A stretch of 64,000 nt of DNA from assembly GCA_965219415.1 (NCBI GenBank), contig OZ244742.1, positions 1,952,001-2,016,000 of the forward strand, read 5' to 3'. Position 1 is the stretch's first letter; each line of letters opens with the position of its first letter. The notes beneath the pieces are model-generated. The model saw only the letters and a list, made by a program, of their open reading frames with translations. It made no database searches and was not told the origin of the DNA. Of the stretch, positions 1-11,005 are shown one piece after another. The DNA is from Candidatus Marinacidobacterales bacterium. Its GTDB lineage: Bacteria; Acidobacteriota; Vicinamibacteria; Marinacidobacterales; DATDRI01. A program made the translations under genes and the position numbers.

Positions 1-191
1 GACGCTCCGCTCATTTCGCGAAACGCTCGGAGCGCATGCAAGTGTTGAGGTGCTAGGCCGGGTGGGCTTCGCCGCGATCGAATCCCACGGATATGGAAGG
101 GACGGCCGGTTATGACAGAGAGGCCCAGCCCGCTCCGAAGCACTTGGCCGCCGCCCTCATCGATTTGAACAAGATCAGCCATTTCTGTTAT

Positions 192-221
192 TTGACGGTC
201 GTTTTAACCGGTGGCTATACT
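192..221 (+). promoter_or_regulatory. putative sigma70 promoter for ruvX-mltG
   Basis: TTGACG (192-197), 18 bp spacer, TATACT (216-221), 24 bp upstream of the ruvX ATG. Confidence 0.55.
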
Positions 222-245
222 GTTTTTTCTAAAAACTCTCACACG

Positions 246-722
246 ATGCGATTCATGGGGCTCGATTTCGGCAGCAAGTACATCGGCATTGCTGTGTCAG
301 ACGAAGCGGGCCTCATCGCCTCGCCGCGCGAGTCGCTACGCCGCACCAACCTCGAAAAAGACATCGAGCACCTCGCTTCGCGGGCTCGGGAAGAAGAGGC
401 CGGAGCATTCGTGGTCGGCATGCCGCTCTCCCTGGACGGAAGCGAAGGGCCGCAGGCGAAGAAAGTGATGGGATTCATCAACAGGCTCGGACAAGTGTCG
501 GGAATCCACGTCACGCCCTGGGACGAACGTCTCACGACAGTCGCGGCCCAGCGATCCTTGATCGAAGCAGATGTGTCCCGCGCTCGCCGCAAGAAAGTCG
601 TCGACAAAGTAGCTGCTGCCATTATGCTCCAAAGCTACTTGGACTACCGTAGTCTCAAGCAGTCCTCGGAAGAGTCGCTGGCCCGTCAAGCCCGACAGGC
701 CCAGCCGGGCGAAGAATCCTAA
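246..722 (+). CDS. ruvX: YqgF/RuvX family nuclease (pre-16S rRNA nuclease / HJ resolvase-like)
   Basis: MGLDFGSKYIGIAVSD, VVGMP, WDERLTT and VDKVAAAIMLQSYLD motifs; upstream of mltG. Confidence 0.95.
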   Translation: MRFMGLDFGSKYIGIAVSDEAGLIASPRESLRRTNLEKDIEHLASRAREEEAGAFVVGMPLSLDGSEGPQAKKVMGFINRLGQVSGIHVTPWDERLTTVAAQRSLIEADVSRARRKKVVDKVAAAIMLQSYLDYRSLKQSSEESLARQARQAQPGEES

Positions 723-735
723 CATTGTTGATTCG

Positions 736-1800
736 ATGAAGCGCGTCCTGGGGCTCCTTGTAATCCTTGTCCTTCTCGTCTGCGCTGCGGCAGGGGTCGG
801 AGTGTATACCGTTTGCCAAAAGGCGACCGAAGCCTATAAAGGATACCCTGGAGACGAGATTTTTTTCATGGTCCAACCGGGGCAAGCGGGCGTATCCATT
901 GCCCGGGCGCTCGAAGCCGAGGGAGTTGCACGCGACCACCGATTGTTTGTCGCTGCACTTTGGCTCAAGAAAGCGACCGGCCGCCTACAAGCCGGTGAAT
1001 ACCGATTCGCAAAACCGGCCTCCACCATGGATGTCATCGACCGGCTGGTCAACGGCGACATCTATTTGTTGTCGGTAACGATACCGGAGGGATTGACCGT
1101 TTCCGAGACCGCCGACCACCTGGCGAGAAAGGGCATCGGCGACGCCGACGCTTTTCGTGGCGTCTTCGGCCGGGGCGAGCTCATCGCATCGCTCGATCCC
1201 GAGGCCCGAGACCTCGAGGGCTACCTTTTCCCCGAGACCTATCGATTCCCACGCCAGCCCGCACCGGAGGAAGTGGCCCGCGCCTTGACCGATCGCTTCA
1301 TTCAGCTGTTCGATGAAAAACGCCTAGCGAAGGCGGCCAGTCTTGAGTTAGATGTCCGCGAAGTCGTGACCTTGGCATCGATCGTGGAAAAAGAAACGGG
1401 CCGGGCCGAAGAGAGGCCTCTCATTGCCTCGGTGTTCTGGAACCGGCTAAAACGCCCCATGGCGTTGCAGTCGGATCCCACGATCATCTACGAGTTGAAG
1501 CGGCAGGGTCGCTACGACGGAAATCTCCGCGGGAACGATCTCAAATTGGACTCTCCCTACAACACCTATCGTTTTCCCGGGCTTCCTCCCGGTCCGATCG
1601 CGTCGCCCGGCCTGGCAGCCATCGACGCGGTGCTGTCGCCTGCGGAGACTAGGTATTTCTACTTCGTATCCAAGAACGATGGCTCACACCATTTCTCGCG
1701 CACTCTGAGAGAACATTCGAACGCGGTGAGGAAGTACCAGATCGAGTATTTCCGTCAGAAGCGCCGCGAAAGACAAAAGAAGAAGGCAGGCGTTTCGTGA
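736..1800 (+). CDS. mltG: endolytic transglycosylase MltG
   Basis: N-terminal TM, LEGYLFPETY, LASIVEKET, LQSDPT, SPYNTY..GLPPGPI. Confidence 0.95.
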   Translation: MKRVLGLLVILVLLVCAAAGVGVYTVCQKATEAYKGYPGDEIFFMVQPGQAGVSIARALEAEGVARDHRLFVAALWLKKATGRLQAGEYRFAKPASTMDVIDRLVNGDIYLLSVTIPEGLTVSETADHLARKGIGDADAFRGVFGRGELIASLDPEARDLEGYLFPETYRFPRQPAPEEVARALTDRFIQLFDEKRLAKAASLELDVREVVTLASIVEKETGRAEERPLIASVFWNRLKRPMALQSDPTIIYELKRQGRYDGNLRGNDLKLDSPYNTYRFPGLPPGPIASPGLAAIDAVLSPAETRYFYFVSKNDGSHHFSRTLREHSNAVRKYQIEYFRQKRRERQKKKAGVS

Positions 1801-3905
1801 TCGGGAAGAGGGCGAGCCTCAGCCTCTCCCTCGTCCTTATCTACGCCGGACTCACCGTCCTCTTTACTTATCCCCTGGTCTGGTTCCTCACCACCCATCA
1901 TGCCGGGGAGGCCGGCGGCGACGCGCGCGTCTACCTGTGGAACATGTGGTGGGTCGACAAAGCGCTGACCGATCTCCACACCAACCCCTTCGAGACTGAT
2001 TTCATTTTTTATCCTCTAGGCATCGGCCTTTCGCTGCACACCCTCGGACTCTCGCAAGGCCTGCTCTTCATTCCCTTGAAGGCCTTGCTCGGTGAAGTCG
2101 CTGCGGCCAACTCGATCCTGTTGTTCACCTTCGTTGCCTCGGCCCTGGGAATGTATGCGCTCGCCCGGTATCTCGGCGCGTCGAGACTGGGCGCCTTCCT
2201 TGCCGGAATCGTCTTCGCTTTTTGCCCGTATCGGCTGGCTCGGCTGGCCGGACACTACGACCTTCTTGGCACCGAATGGATTCCTTTCTATACCCTCTTT
2301 TTCTTCAAGGCGCTCGGCGAAAAAAGCCTCGACGTGAGGCTCCTACTTGCTACGGGAGCTCTGGCAGCACTCTGCGGCTACACGACGCCCACCTATCTCG
2401 TTTTTCTCGCGTTGCTTAGTGGCCTTTATGTGCTCTGGCGGCTCATCCTTGACTGGCGTGACCGGCGCGACTTGGCGCCGATCGGGCGCTCGGCACTCAT
2501 TGGCCTGGTGGCGACGGTGTTACTTCTCCCTCTCTTGATCCAGGTGAATCAAGATTTGTCGTCGTGGCGTTACCCCGCCTATCCCGGCTCCGATCGCTAC
2601 GGCGCGGACGTTGCCGCCTACGCCGTGCCTGGCCCCCAGCAGAATCTATTGGGCGATTCGCTGGGGCGAAGCTTCGACTCGAACTTAACCGAGGCCACCA
2701 TCTTCCCGGGCTACGTCCTGCTGCTGGTGCTGGTCGGAGCCTTGTCAACGCCCCACGTGCGTCGCGACTACGTGTTCTGGTTCGTCGCGGCGGGCGTCTT
2801 TTTTCTATTGAGTCTAGGAAGTTCACTCAAGATCGCGGGCTGGGAATCGGGGATCCCACTCCCCTTCGCGCTGTTTCAGGAGCTCCCTTTGCTCGAGCAT
2901 TTGCGTGCCCCCTCCCGGCTTTCCATCGTGTTCATGCTATGTGCCGCGGTCTTGCTCGGCGCGAGCTGGAGTCTTTGGATGGAGCGCGTCCGAAAGCCAT
3001 TATTACGGGTGTTTCTGACCGGCTTGTTGGCTATCGGTCTCGTCGCCGAATACCTGGCGATCCCGGTCCCCGTCTTCACCGCCGAGGTAGCTCCCATCCA
3101 TCGGCAGCTCGCCGAGGAACAGGAACAGTTCACGGTGATGGAAATCCCTGGCATCGAACAAGTGCCGGAGCGCTTGATGTATCACCAGACAGTGCACGGC
3201 AAGAACATTTTCATTGGAACCGCGGCACGCGTCCCTCCCGAAAAGACGGCGTACTATTTCGGCCTACCGCTCGTCCGCCCTCTGGTCGACCTTCGCAAGG
3301 GGAAGATCGCTTTGAGCGCCGAGCTTATCAGCGAGCAAAGTGAGTTGGCGCCCGGCGTGGCCGCGTTTCTCGGCCTTCGCTACCTCATCGTGGAGAAGGC
3401 CTACGCCAAACGAGGCGTCCTGGAGTTTCTTGAGAAGACTCTGCCGCTGGATCGCACCTACGAGGACGAAGAGAGGATTGGGTTGCGCGTCCGCGAGGAG
3501 GAGCTCCCCGACGCGCCGCGATCGATCGATCCGGGAGCGCCGGACTCCCGTATGTATTTCGCGACCGGCTGGTCGAGGGCGGAGCGAGCGGAAGGGAGGA
3601 GCTTCCGGTGGGCCAGCGAGACTCAAACGACCCTTTTGCTAAGGCGCCCGGACGATAGCGTGACTGCGGTGGTGGTCGAAATCTCCCCGCTCGAAGGCAA
3701 CGACCAGAGCGTGACGGCGCGATTAGATGGAACGCTCTTGGGAGAAGCTACCCTCTCGCCCGGCTGGAGCGAGGTTCGATGGACGCTTCCGTCCCGCACG
3801 CGCCGGGTCGAAAAGCTCGTCTTTCGGTGGAAGGTGCTGCGCCAGGCCTCCGAAGCGGACCCTAGACGACTAGCGGCAAGAGTGTCCTCCGTCCGCTTCG
3901 AGTAG
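1797..3905 (+). CDS. polytopic membrane protein, GT-C/YfhO-like glycosyltransferase candidate
   Basis: 702 aa, many TM segments, 'GDARVYLWNMWW', 'AFCPYR', 'RAPSR', soluble C-terminal domain. Confidence 0.6.
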   Translation: MIGKRASLSLSLVLIYAGLTVLFTYPLVWFLTTHHAGEAGGDARVYLWNMWWVDKALTDLHTNPFETDFIFYPLGIGLSLHTLGLSQGLLFIPLKALLGEVAAANSILLFTFVASALGMYALARYLGASRLGAFLAGIVFAFCPYRLARLAGHYDLLGTEWIPFYTLFFFKALGEKSLDVRLLLATGALAALCGYTTPTYLVFLALLSGLYVLWRLILDWRDRRDLAPIGRSALIGLVATVLLLPLLIQVNQDLSSWRYPAYPGSDRYGADVAAYAVPGPQQNLLGDSLGRSFDSNLTEATIFPGYVLLLVLVGALSTPHVRRDYVFWFVAAGVFFLLSLGSSLKIAGWESGIPLPFALFQELPLLEHLRAPSRLSIVFMLCAAVLLGASWSLWMERVRKPLLRVFLTGLLAIGLVAEYLAIPVPVFTAEVAPIHRQLAEEQEQFTVMEIPGIEQVPERLMYHQTVHGKNIFIGTAARVPPEKTAYYFGLPLVRPLVDLRKGKIALSAELISEQSELAPGVAAFLGLRYLIVEKAYAKRGVLEFLEKTLPLDRTYEDEERIGLRVREEELPDAPRSIDPGAPDSRMYFATGWSRAERAEGRSFRWASETQTTLLLRRPDDSVTAVVVEISPLEGNDQSVTARLDGTLLGEATLSPGWSEVRWTLPSRTRRVEKLVFRWKVLRQASEADPRRLAARVSSVRFE

Positions 3906-3943
3906 AAAAGTAACGAAATGCACAAAACTAGATCCGACCCCGC

Positions 3944-5086
3944 CTAGCTGTTGAAGATTTCGCGGGCGATGATCACGCGTTGGATCTGGCTGGTTCCTTC
4001 GTAGATTTGATAAATCTTCGCGTCGCGGTAGAGCTTCTCCACCGGGTACTCCTTGTTGAAACCGTTTCCGCCGAACACCTGGACGGCGTCGGTGGCGACT
4101 TTGACCGCGGTGTCGGCGGCGAAGAGCTTGGCGAAGGCAGCTTCCTTCGTGTTACGGCGACCCTGGTCGATGGCCCAACCGGACTGCCAAACGAGAAGCC
4201 TCGCTGCTTCAATGGCGCAGGCCATGTCGGCGATCATGAAGCCGATCCCCTGGTGCTTGTAGATCGGAACCCCGAACGTCTCTCTCTCTTTGGCGTAGTT
4301 CACGGCGTGCTCGTAGGCCGATCGGGCGAGCCCCACCGCAGCGGCGGCGACCACCGGTCGCGAGTGATCGAAAGCGGCCATCGCCACTTTCCAACCCGCA
4401 CCCTCTTCGCCCAATCGATTAACAGCCGGTACCTTGACGTCCTCGAAACTGACCGCGCGGGTGTCGGAACAACGCTGGCCCATGTTGTTCTCCTTCTTGC
4501 CCAATACGACGCCGTCTGAATCGCGGGGCACCACGAAGGCGCTCATGCCCCGGTAACCCTTCTCCGGATCGGTGTAGGCCAGCACGAAATACCAATTGGC
4601 GACACCGCCATTGGTAATCCACATCTTGCTGCCGTTCAGGACGTAGTCGTCCCCGTGTCGTTTGGCGGTGGTGCGGATGCCCTGAACGTCCGACCCCGCC
4701 CCCGGCTCAGTAACACAGTAGGCGGTGAAGAGGAATTCCTCAATCATCGGCGCGAGCCACTTCTTTTTTTGCTCCTCGCTCCCCGCAACGATGACCGGGC
4801 ACTCCGCGAGAGTATTCGCCTCCATGGCGGTGCTGACTCCGGTGCAAGCCCAGGCCGTCTCCTCGGCGATGAGACATCCCTCGAGGACTCCCAGACCCAA
4901 TCCCCCGTACTCCTCGGGGATGTGCGTGTTCATGAGTCCCAACTCCCAGGCCTTCTGACATATCTCGCGCGGGTACTCGGCCGTCTCATCGAGACGCGCG
5001 GCATGGGGAGCGATCTCTTTTTCGGCGAACTCATGGGCGAGATCGCGAAGCTGCTTCTGTTCCTCACTGAGCCTAAAGTCGATCAT
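3944..5086 (-). CDS. acyl-CoA dehydrogenase
   Basis: [41 protein letters not shown]. Confidence 0.95.
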   Translation of the reverse strand: MIDFRLSEEQKQLRDLAHEFAEKEIAPHAARLDETAEYPREICQKAWELGLMNTHIPEEYGGLGLGVLEGCLIAEETAWACTGVSTAMEANTLAECPVIVAGSEEQKKKWLAPMIEEFLFTAYCVTEPGAGSDVQGIRTTAKRHGDDYVLNGSKMWITNGGVANWYFVLAYTDPEKGYRGMSAFVVPRDSDGVVLGKKENNMGQRCSDTRAVSFEDVKVPAVNRLGEEGAGWKVAMAAFDHSRPVVAAAAVGLARSAYEHAVNYAKERETFGVPIYKHQGIGFMIADMACAIEAARLLVWQSGWAIDQGRRNTKEAAFAKLFAADTAVKVATDAVQVFGGNGFNKEYPVEKLYRDAKIYQIYEGTSQIQRVIIAREIFNS

Positions 5087-5114
5087 GGTGCCTCTCTAAC
5101 GGATAGTCTGGTTC

Positions 5115-5908
5115 TCATTTTCCCTTGAACCGAGGGGGGCGCTTTTCTGCGAAAGCGGTGAGCCCTTCGAGAGAGTCCTCGGACTCGAAGCAAGCCGCTT
5201 GCGCCTCCTCCTCATAATCTAGCATCTGATCGAGGGAGGCCCCTATCGCATCGTAGATAGCCTCCTTGGCGAACCGGACCGCCTGAGGTGGTGTTGCGGC
5301 CAGCTCACGCGCCAGTTCCAAAACCCGATCGGGAAACTCGTCGGCCTCGACCACTCGATTGACTAGTCCCACGCGCTGGGCTTCATCGGCGCTCAGCATG
5401 CGCCCGGTGAAGATCATCTCGCAGGCCATGCCGGTGCCAACCAAACGAGGGAGGAAAAAGCTGCCGCCCCAATCGGGGTGCAGTCCTACACGGGAAAAGG
5501 TAGCGCCGAGCCGTGCTTCGCTTGACGCGATACGGAGATCGCAGGCAAGGGCGAGACTCAAACCCGCGCCCGCGGCAACCCCGTTGATGACCGCCACCGT
5601 CGGAAGCGGTAACTCACGCAGGAGCTCGACGACGCGGCGTCCGGACTCCATGAGCTGTCTCAGCGTCTCGGCGTCTCGGCGTCGCCCTCGCGCCGAAGCT
5701 CCGCCATGTACTTCACGTCGCCTCCGCTACAAAATGCTTTCCCGGCGCCGGTGATGACCAGGACGCGGGCCCGGCCGAGTGCCATGGCGATGGCCTGATG
5801 GAGATCGCCGCGCATGGTTCCGGAGAGGGCGTTCAGTTGCTCGGGACGATCGAGGGTGACGGTGGCGACATCGTCCGAGACCGCGAACTTGACGTGCTCC
5901 CAGCTCAT
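5115..5908 (-). CDS. enoyl-CoA hydratase/isomerase (PaaG-like), frameshifted near 5665
   Basis: 5660..5908 has TLDRPEQLNAL and GKAFCSGGD; 5115..5651 has AVINGVAAGAG and VGLHPDWG; together one crotonase. Confidence 0.85.
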
Positions 5909-5915
5909 CGCGATG

Positions 5916-7100
5916 TCAAACCTTCTCTACCAGCAAAGCGAGGCCCAAGCCGCCACTGATGCAGAGCGTCGCCAGGCCTCGCCGTGCGTCGCGCTTCTTC
6001 ATTTCATGGAGCAGTGTGACGACAATCCTTGTTCCGGTGGCGCCAATTGGGTGTCCGAGGGAAATGGCCCCGCCGTTAACGTTCACTCGCTCAAGATCAA
6101 AGTCCAGCTCTTTGTGGCAGGCCAGCACTTGGCTCGCAAACGCTTCGTTCAGTTCGATGAGATCGATGTCGTTGAGCGTGAGGCCTGTTTTGTCGAGAAG
6201 CTTTTTGACCGCGGGTACCGGGCCAATGCCCATGATCGCCGGATCCACGCCCGCCGAGGCATAGCCCACGATACGGGCCATCGGCTCGACTCCGAGCTGC
6301 CGAGCCTTCTCTTCACTCAAGACAACCAGCGCCGCCGCGCCGTCGGTGATCCCGGAAGAGTTCCCTGCGTGAACCGTTCCGTCCTTCCGAAAGACGGGCG
6401 GAAGCTTGGCGAGGCTCTCCGATGTCACTCCGTCCCGCGGATGCTCGTCTTCCGCGATCGTCAACACCTGCCCTTTGCGACCGGGCACTTCCACCGGGAC
6501 GATCTCGTCTTTGAATCGACCCGACTTCCGAGCCGTCTCGGAGCGCTGCTGGCTTTGAGAAGCGTACCGATCGCTCTCTTCTCTGGAGATTCCGTACTTG
6601 TCCACCAGATTCTCGGCGGTGTCTCCCATCAGTTGATCACACAACGGACAACGGAACCCGTCTCGGTACATGCCGTCGACTATTTCGGAATGCCCCAAGC
6701 GGTAACCCCACCTGGCCCCGAGCATCAGATAGGGCGTGTTGCTCATGCTTTCGGTCCCGCCGGCAAGCACCACGTCGGCGTCTCCCAGGGCGATCGCCCC
6801 ATAGGCATTCATGATGGCCTTCAGACTGGATCCACACGCCTTATTGATGGTGTAGGCGGGAGTCGTCTCTGGCACGCCGGCGCGGTAAGCGATCTGCCGT
6901 GCCACGTTGGGCCGAACACCAGCCTGCCGGCCGTTTCCGAAAATGGCTTCATCGACCGAGTCCGCGGGCGTCCCGCTACGCTCGAGGGCGGCCTTCGCGG
7001 CGGCCGCACCCAGGTCGGCGGCTTGGAGCGGAGTCAGCACCCCACCGAACTTCCCGATGGGAGTCCTCACCGCGCCGGCTAGGAAGATGTTCTTCGCCAT
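5916..7100 (-). CDS. acetyl-CoA C-acyltransferase (thiolase)
   Basis: RTPIGKFGG, INKACGSS, ELNEAF, GHPIGATG, LCISGG. Confidence 0.95.
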   Translation of the reverse strand: MAKNIFLAGAVRTPIGKFGGVLTPLQAADLGAAAAKAALERSGTPADSVDEAIFGNGRQAGVRPNVARQIAYRAGVPETTPAYTINKACGSSLKAIMNAYGAIALGDADVVLAGGTESMSNTPYLMLGARWGYRLGHSEIVDGMYRDGFRCPLCDQLMGDTAENLVDKYGISREESDRYASQSQQRSETARKSGRFKDEIVPVEVPGRKGQVLTIAEDEHPRDGVTSESLAKLPPVFRKDGTVHAGNSSGITDGAAALVVLSEEKARQLGVEPMARIVGYASAGVDPAIMGIGPVPAVKKLLDKTGLTLNDIDLIELNEAFASQVLACHKELDFDLERVNVNGGAISLGHPIGATGTRIVVTLLHEMKKRDARRGLATLCISGGLGLALLVEKV

Positions 7101-7102
7101 GC

Positions 7103-7897
7103 TCACTTGCCCTTGAACACGGGCTTTCTCTTTTCGAGATGGGCGTCGAGGCCTTCTTTCGCGTCCTCGGAAATGAAGAGCTGTTGCTGAAGCTCTCGTT
7201 CCAGAGCCAGTCCTTCGGAGAACGGAACCTCGAGACCGGAGCAAACAGCCCGCTTGATTCGCCCAACCGCCTTCGAGGCCTTGGCGGGAGGCACGAACTG
7301 CGAGGCATACTCCATCACGCGCTCCTTAAAATCCTCCGCCGGCCAGACGTGATTCACCAAACCGAGCTTTTCCGCGTCGTCGAAGGTGAGGAGTCTGCCC
7401 GTTGCCATCAGCTCGATGGCCTTGGACTTACCCAGCAAACGCGCCAGGCGCTGGGTTCCGCCCGTTCCGGGCAGGACGCCGAGAGATACCTCGGGCAGAC
7501 CGATCTTGCCGCCGTCTTTCTTGGCCAGGCGTATGTCAGCCGCAAGGGCAACTTCTAGCCCGCCGCCAACGGTGTGTCCATTCAACGCCGCAATCACCAG
7601 CTTCGACGTCTGCTCCAAGCGATTCAAGGTCTCGTTGGCATGCAGGCAGAAGTAGTACTTGAATTCCGGATCGGCTTCGGTGAGCATCTTGATGTTGGCC
7701 CCCGCGCAGAAGAACTTATCTCCCTTGGCGGTAATGACGAGCACGTGGACACTCTGATCCATGCGCGCCTCGAGGATCGCACCATCCAATTGCCGCATCA
7801 TCTCGTAGCTGTAGGTGTTGGCCGGCGGATCGTTCAACTCGAGAATAGCGACGCCGTTTTCGTTTCGGTAGTCAACCAGGCGTGTATCAGAAGACAT
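7103..7897 (-). CDS. enoyl-CoA hydratase/isomerase family protein (box-associated)
   Basis: FFCAGANI, GHTVGGGLE, GLPEVSLGVLPGTGGTQRL. Confidence 0.9.
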   Translation of the reverse strand: MSSDTRLVDYRNENGVAILELNDPPANTYSYEMMRQLDGAILEARMDQSVHVLVITAKGDKFFCAGANIKMLTEADPEFKYYFCLHANETLNRLEQTSKLVIAALNGHTVGGGLEVALAADIRLAKKDGGKIGLPEVSLGVLPGTGGTQRLARLLGKSKAIELMATGRLLTFDDAEKLGLVNHVWPAEDFKERVMEYASQFVPPAKASKAVGRIKRAVCSGLEVPFSEGLALERELQQQLFISEDAKEGLDAHLEKRKPVFKGK

Positions 7898-7944
7898 GAT
7901 TTCCCTCTCGTGAAAACTCATCGACAACTACGAGGTCCAACACT

Positions 7945-9351
7945 TCAGGCCCTTCTCACGTAGTCGAAATCGAACGGTTTTCCTTTGACCCCAGATTGCG
8001 GGGGAGCGATCCAGTTGGCGATCTTGCCTGGCTCGTGGACCGGCTTCATCAGGCTTGCCACAAAGGCTTCGTCTTCCTTCGAGGGCAACCATTCGTCCCT
8101 TCGGGCGTTCCACTGATCCTCGGAAAGCATCTCTCCCTTCGGATCGAAGTAGTAGCCTGCAAAGGCTCCGATCTGTCGATTGAACCGCCGGTGGGGTAAC
8201 GCCAGGCGATCGGAGATCCCGTGCTGCTCCAAGATTCGGTTCCACCGATCCACGCCCCTCTGAGCGTCTGCAACGTAGGCGTCACGGAGGATCTCGTTCA
8301 TCGCGTTGCGAAGCGGCACTTCGGCGCGCGCAAGCTTCCCGTTCTCGATCACGTCCATCTCGTACGCACCCTCGAGGGCTTTGTGGTCAGAGTAGCCTTC
8401 CTCTTTGTGGCGTCCCTTTAGGCCCGCCGCGAAGAACTGCGCTGCGTTCGTCGAGACTTCCCCGCCGAAGAGATCGAGAGAGATGGTAAACCAGAAGTTG
8501 AGATACCTTTGAATCGTCTGCAGGTCGAACGCTCCCTCGCATCGAACATCGTCTTTTCCATCGCGCATCAACTGGGCGGCGCGCTCCACCATGCGTCCCA
8601 CTCCGGTCTCTCCGACCGACATATGGAAGGCCTCCTCGGTCAACATGAACCGGCAGGTACGAGCCAGCGGTTCGAAACCGCTTTCGGCAAGCGCCAGCAA
8701 CTGGAACTTCCCATCGCGGTCGGTGAACATCGTGAACATAAAGAAGTTGAGCCAGTCTCCACAGGGCGCGTTGAAGGCGCCGAGCAAACGGGGCTTGTCC
8801 GGATTGCCGCTACGTCGCTCTAACAAACCCTCCGCCTCTTCACGCCCGTCGCGGCCGAAGTATGAGTGCAGCAGGTAGACCATCGCCCAAAGGTGACGTC
8901 CCTCCTCCACGTTTACTTGGAAGAGATTCCGCATATCGTAGATGCTCGGAGCGGTCTTCCCGAGCTCACGTTGTTGCTCGACACTCGCCGGCTCGGTATC
9001 TCCCTGAGTGACGATGAGGCGACGAAGCTGCGTCCGAAACTCACCGGGTACACTCTGCCAAGCCGGCTGGCCTTCGAAATCACCGAACCCGATTTTCCGA
9101 TCGGCCTCGCCCGGAGTCAGAAAGATGCCCCAGCGATAGTCCGGCATTTTCGTGAAATCGAAATGCGCCCAACCGCTCGCCTCCACCGAAATGGCGGTGC
9201 GGAGATAAACCTCGTCCGCCTGGAAACCATCCGGGCCCATATCCTTCCACCATTCGATGAAGTTGGGCTGCCATTTCTCGAGCGCCCGCTTCAGTTTCGG
9301 GTCTTGGGAAAGGTTGACGTTGTTTGGAATCTTTTCGTCGAGCTCCGACAC
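7945..9351 (-). CDS. boxB: benzoyl-CoA 2,3-epoxidase subunit BoxB
   Basis: KIPNNVNL, YLRTAISV, TQGDTEPASVEQQR; di-iron ExxH motifs EEGRH and EEAFH. Confidence 0.95.
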   Translation of the reverse strand: MSELDEKIPNNVNLSQDPKLKRALEKWQPNFIEWWKDMGPDGFQADEVYLRTAISVEASGWAHFDFTKMPDYRWGIFLTPGEADRKIGFGDFEGQPAWQSVPGEFRTQLRRLIVTQGDTEPASVEQQRELGKTAPSIYDMRNLFQVNVEEGRHLWAMVYLLHSYFGRDGREEAEGLLERRSGNPDKPRLLGAFNAPCGDWLNFFMFTMFTDRDGKFQLLALAESGFEPLARTCRFMLTEEAFHMSVGETGVGRMVERAAQLMRDGKDDVRCEGAFDLQTIQRYLNFWFTISLDLFGGEVSTNAAQFFAAGLKGRHKEEGYSDHKALEGAYEMDVIENGKLARAEVPLRNAMNEILRDAYVADAQRGVDRWNRILEQHGISDRLALPHRRFNRQIGAFAGYYFDPKGEMLSEDQWNARRDEWLPSKEDEAFVASLMKPVHEPGKIANWIAPPQSGVKGKPFDFDYVRRA

Positions 9352-9352
9352 T

Positions 9353-11005
9353 TTATGTTTTCCTCCAGTCAAACTCGGGCAAGCTTTGCTTGCCGTATAA
9401 GGTGAGCGCCCCTTTTTCTCCCACCGCGTTGGGACGCTGGAATATCCAGTTCTGCCAGGCCGTCAAGCGTCCGAATATTTTGGTTTCCATGGTCTCGGGG
9501 CCTGGGAAACGAAGCGAGGCCTCCATCCCGGTCATGGCGTCTGGGGAAAAACCCGCTCGTTCTTCGATCGCGATACGTACCTCGTCGTCCCAATCGAGCT
9601 CATCCGGCCTAAACGTGACGAGACCGTATTCTTCCGCCTCTTCGGCGTCGAAGAGTTCTTTGTGCTCCAGGGCTCGCTGGACTTTCGTGGGGTGTCCCAA
9701 GAATCGGGTTTCCAAGCGAGACAACCCATTACTCATCGGCCAGAGTCCGCCGTTCAAGGGTCCAAGACCGACCCTAACCGGCGGATCGGCTCCATCGAGC
9801 ATGTAGCTTCGGTCCGCGGCGAGCGCGAGCTCCAAGAGACTCCCCGCAAAACACGAGCCCGGCTCGATGAGGGCGAAGAGACTTCTCGCCGTCAGATCGA
9901 CCCGCTTGAGCGCTCGCCGAAGCTTCAGAATGATCTCGCGCGCTAGCCAATTGTCGGCGAGGCGAGCCAGGGCACGATCGAACGCCAGGGCTTGCTCGGG
10001 GTCACCGACTGTCTTTAGTATCACGAGCCCCACCGTCTCGTAGTTGAATCGTAATTGGCAAAACGCATCGTCGAGCTCGCGCGCCATGGCCAGTGTCCAG
10101 AAGTCACAGCCTGCTGCGTGCAATGCTTCCACGGACTCGGGAGGTTCTCCTTCCGGTCCGCGAACCACTAGCTCTGCGGTGCGTCGTTCCCGATCGATCG
10201 TCACGGTGACGTGCCGGTACGCCAGGCGGTTCTCGGTGCGCTCCGCATCCAGTGGTTTGAGCTCGATGCCCTTTTCTCCCGAGCCTCCACGACGCGAGGC
10301 TGGGGTCGCCGCCTCCACCATCGCTCGAGCCCGTTCCTGAACAATGGTGTCGAACTGGCTGCGGGGTGCAATGCGATCGACCAAACCCCACTCTACGGCA
10401 CGCTTGCCTTTGATCCCTTCCACTAAGGTGGAGAAAACGTCGGCCCGATCGCGACGAACCTTTCGCTTGTCGACGAGTCGAGTCAGTCCTCCCGTTCCCG
10501 GCAACACACCTAGCAGGGGTACTTCTGGCAACGCGACCGCGGCGTTGCCATCATCGACTAGAATGATTTCCTCTGCGGCGAGGGCCAACTCGTAGCCCCC
10601 TCCCGAGCAGACGCCGTTGACGGCGGCAATATAGCGCTGACCGCTTTCGCGGCTTGCTTCCTCCATGGCCAAACGCGTCTCGTTCGTGAACTTACAAAAG
10701 TTGACCTTGAAAGGATGGGAGGAGCTCGCCAGCATATAGATGTTCGCACCCGCCGAGAAGATCCGATCCTTGCCGCTCTGCACCACAACCGCCTTGACCT
10801 CGGGATGCTCGAAGCGGAGACGCTCAATCGCGTCGGCCAACTCGATGTCGACACCGAGATCATAGCTATTGAGCTTCAACTGATAGCCCGGCCTGAGACC
10901 GCCGTCTTCTCGAATGTCGAGGGTCAGGGTGGCCACCGCTCCGTCGAACGTCAGCTTCAGATGGCGGTACGCGCCAGGGTTTGTCTCACAATCAATTGTT
11001 TTCAT
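9353..11005 (-). CDS. boxC: 2,3-epoxybenzoyl-CoA dihydrolase BoxC
   Basis: YQLKLNSYDLGVDIELADA, VNFCKFTNETR, TKIFGRLTAWQNWIFQRPNA. Confidence 0.95.
   Translation of the reverse strand: MKTIDCETNPGAYRHLKLTFDGAVATLTLDIREDGGLRPGYQLKLNSYDLGVDIELADAIERLRFEHPEVKAVVVQSGKDRIFSAGANIYMLASSSHPFKVNFCKFTNETRLAMEEASRESGQRYIAAVNGVCSGGGYELALAAEEIILVDDGNAAVALPEVPLLGVLPGTGGLTRLVDKRKVRRDRADVFSTLVEGIKGKRAVEWGLVDRIAPRSQFDTIVQERARAMVEAATPASRRGGSGEKGIELKPLDAERTENRLAYRHVTVTIDRERRTAELVVRGPEGEPPESVEALHAAGCDFWTLAMARELDDAFCQLRFNYETVGLVILKTVGDPEQALAFDRALARLADNWLAREIILKLRRALKRVDLTARSLFALIEPGSCFAGSLLELALAADRSYMLDGADPPVRVGLGPLNGGLWPMSNGLSRLETRFLGHPTKVQRALEHKELFDAEEAEEYGLVTFRPDELDWDDEVRIAIEERAGFSPDAMTGMEASLRFPGPETMETKIFGRLTAWQNWIFQRPNAVGEKGALTLYGKQSLPEFDWRKT

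Noticed and set aside
93-245. N-terminal extension of RuvX in the ORF track
   Set aside because: Spans the promoter; family similarity starts at ATG 246
5814-7082. Long antisense ORFs (5814..7082, 34852..35739, 57278..58174 and similar)
   Set aside because: Shadows of well-supported genes in GC-rich DNA, with no motifs
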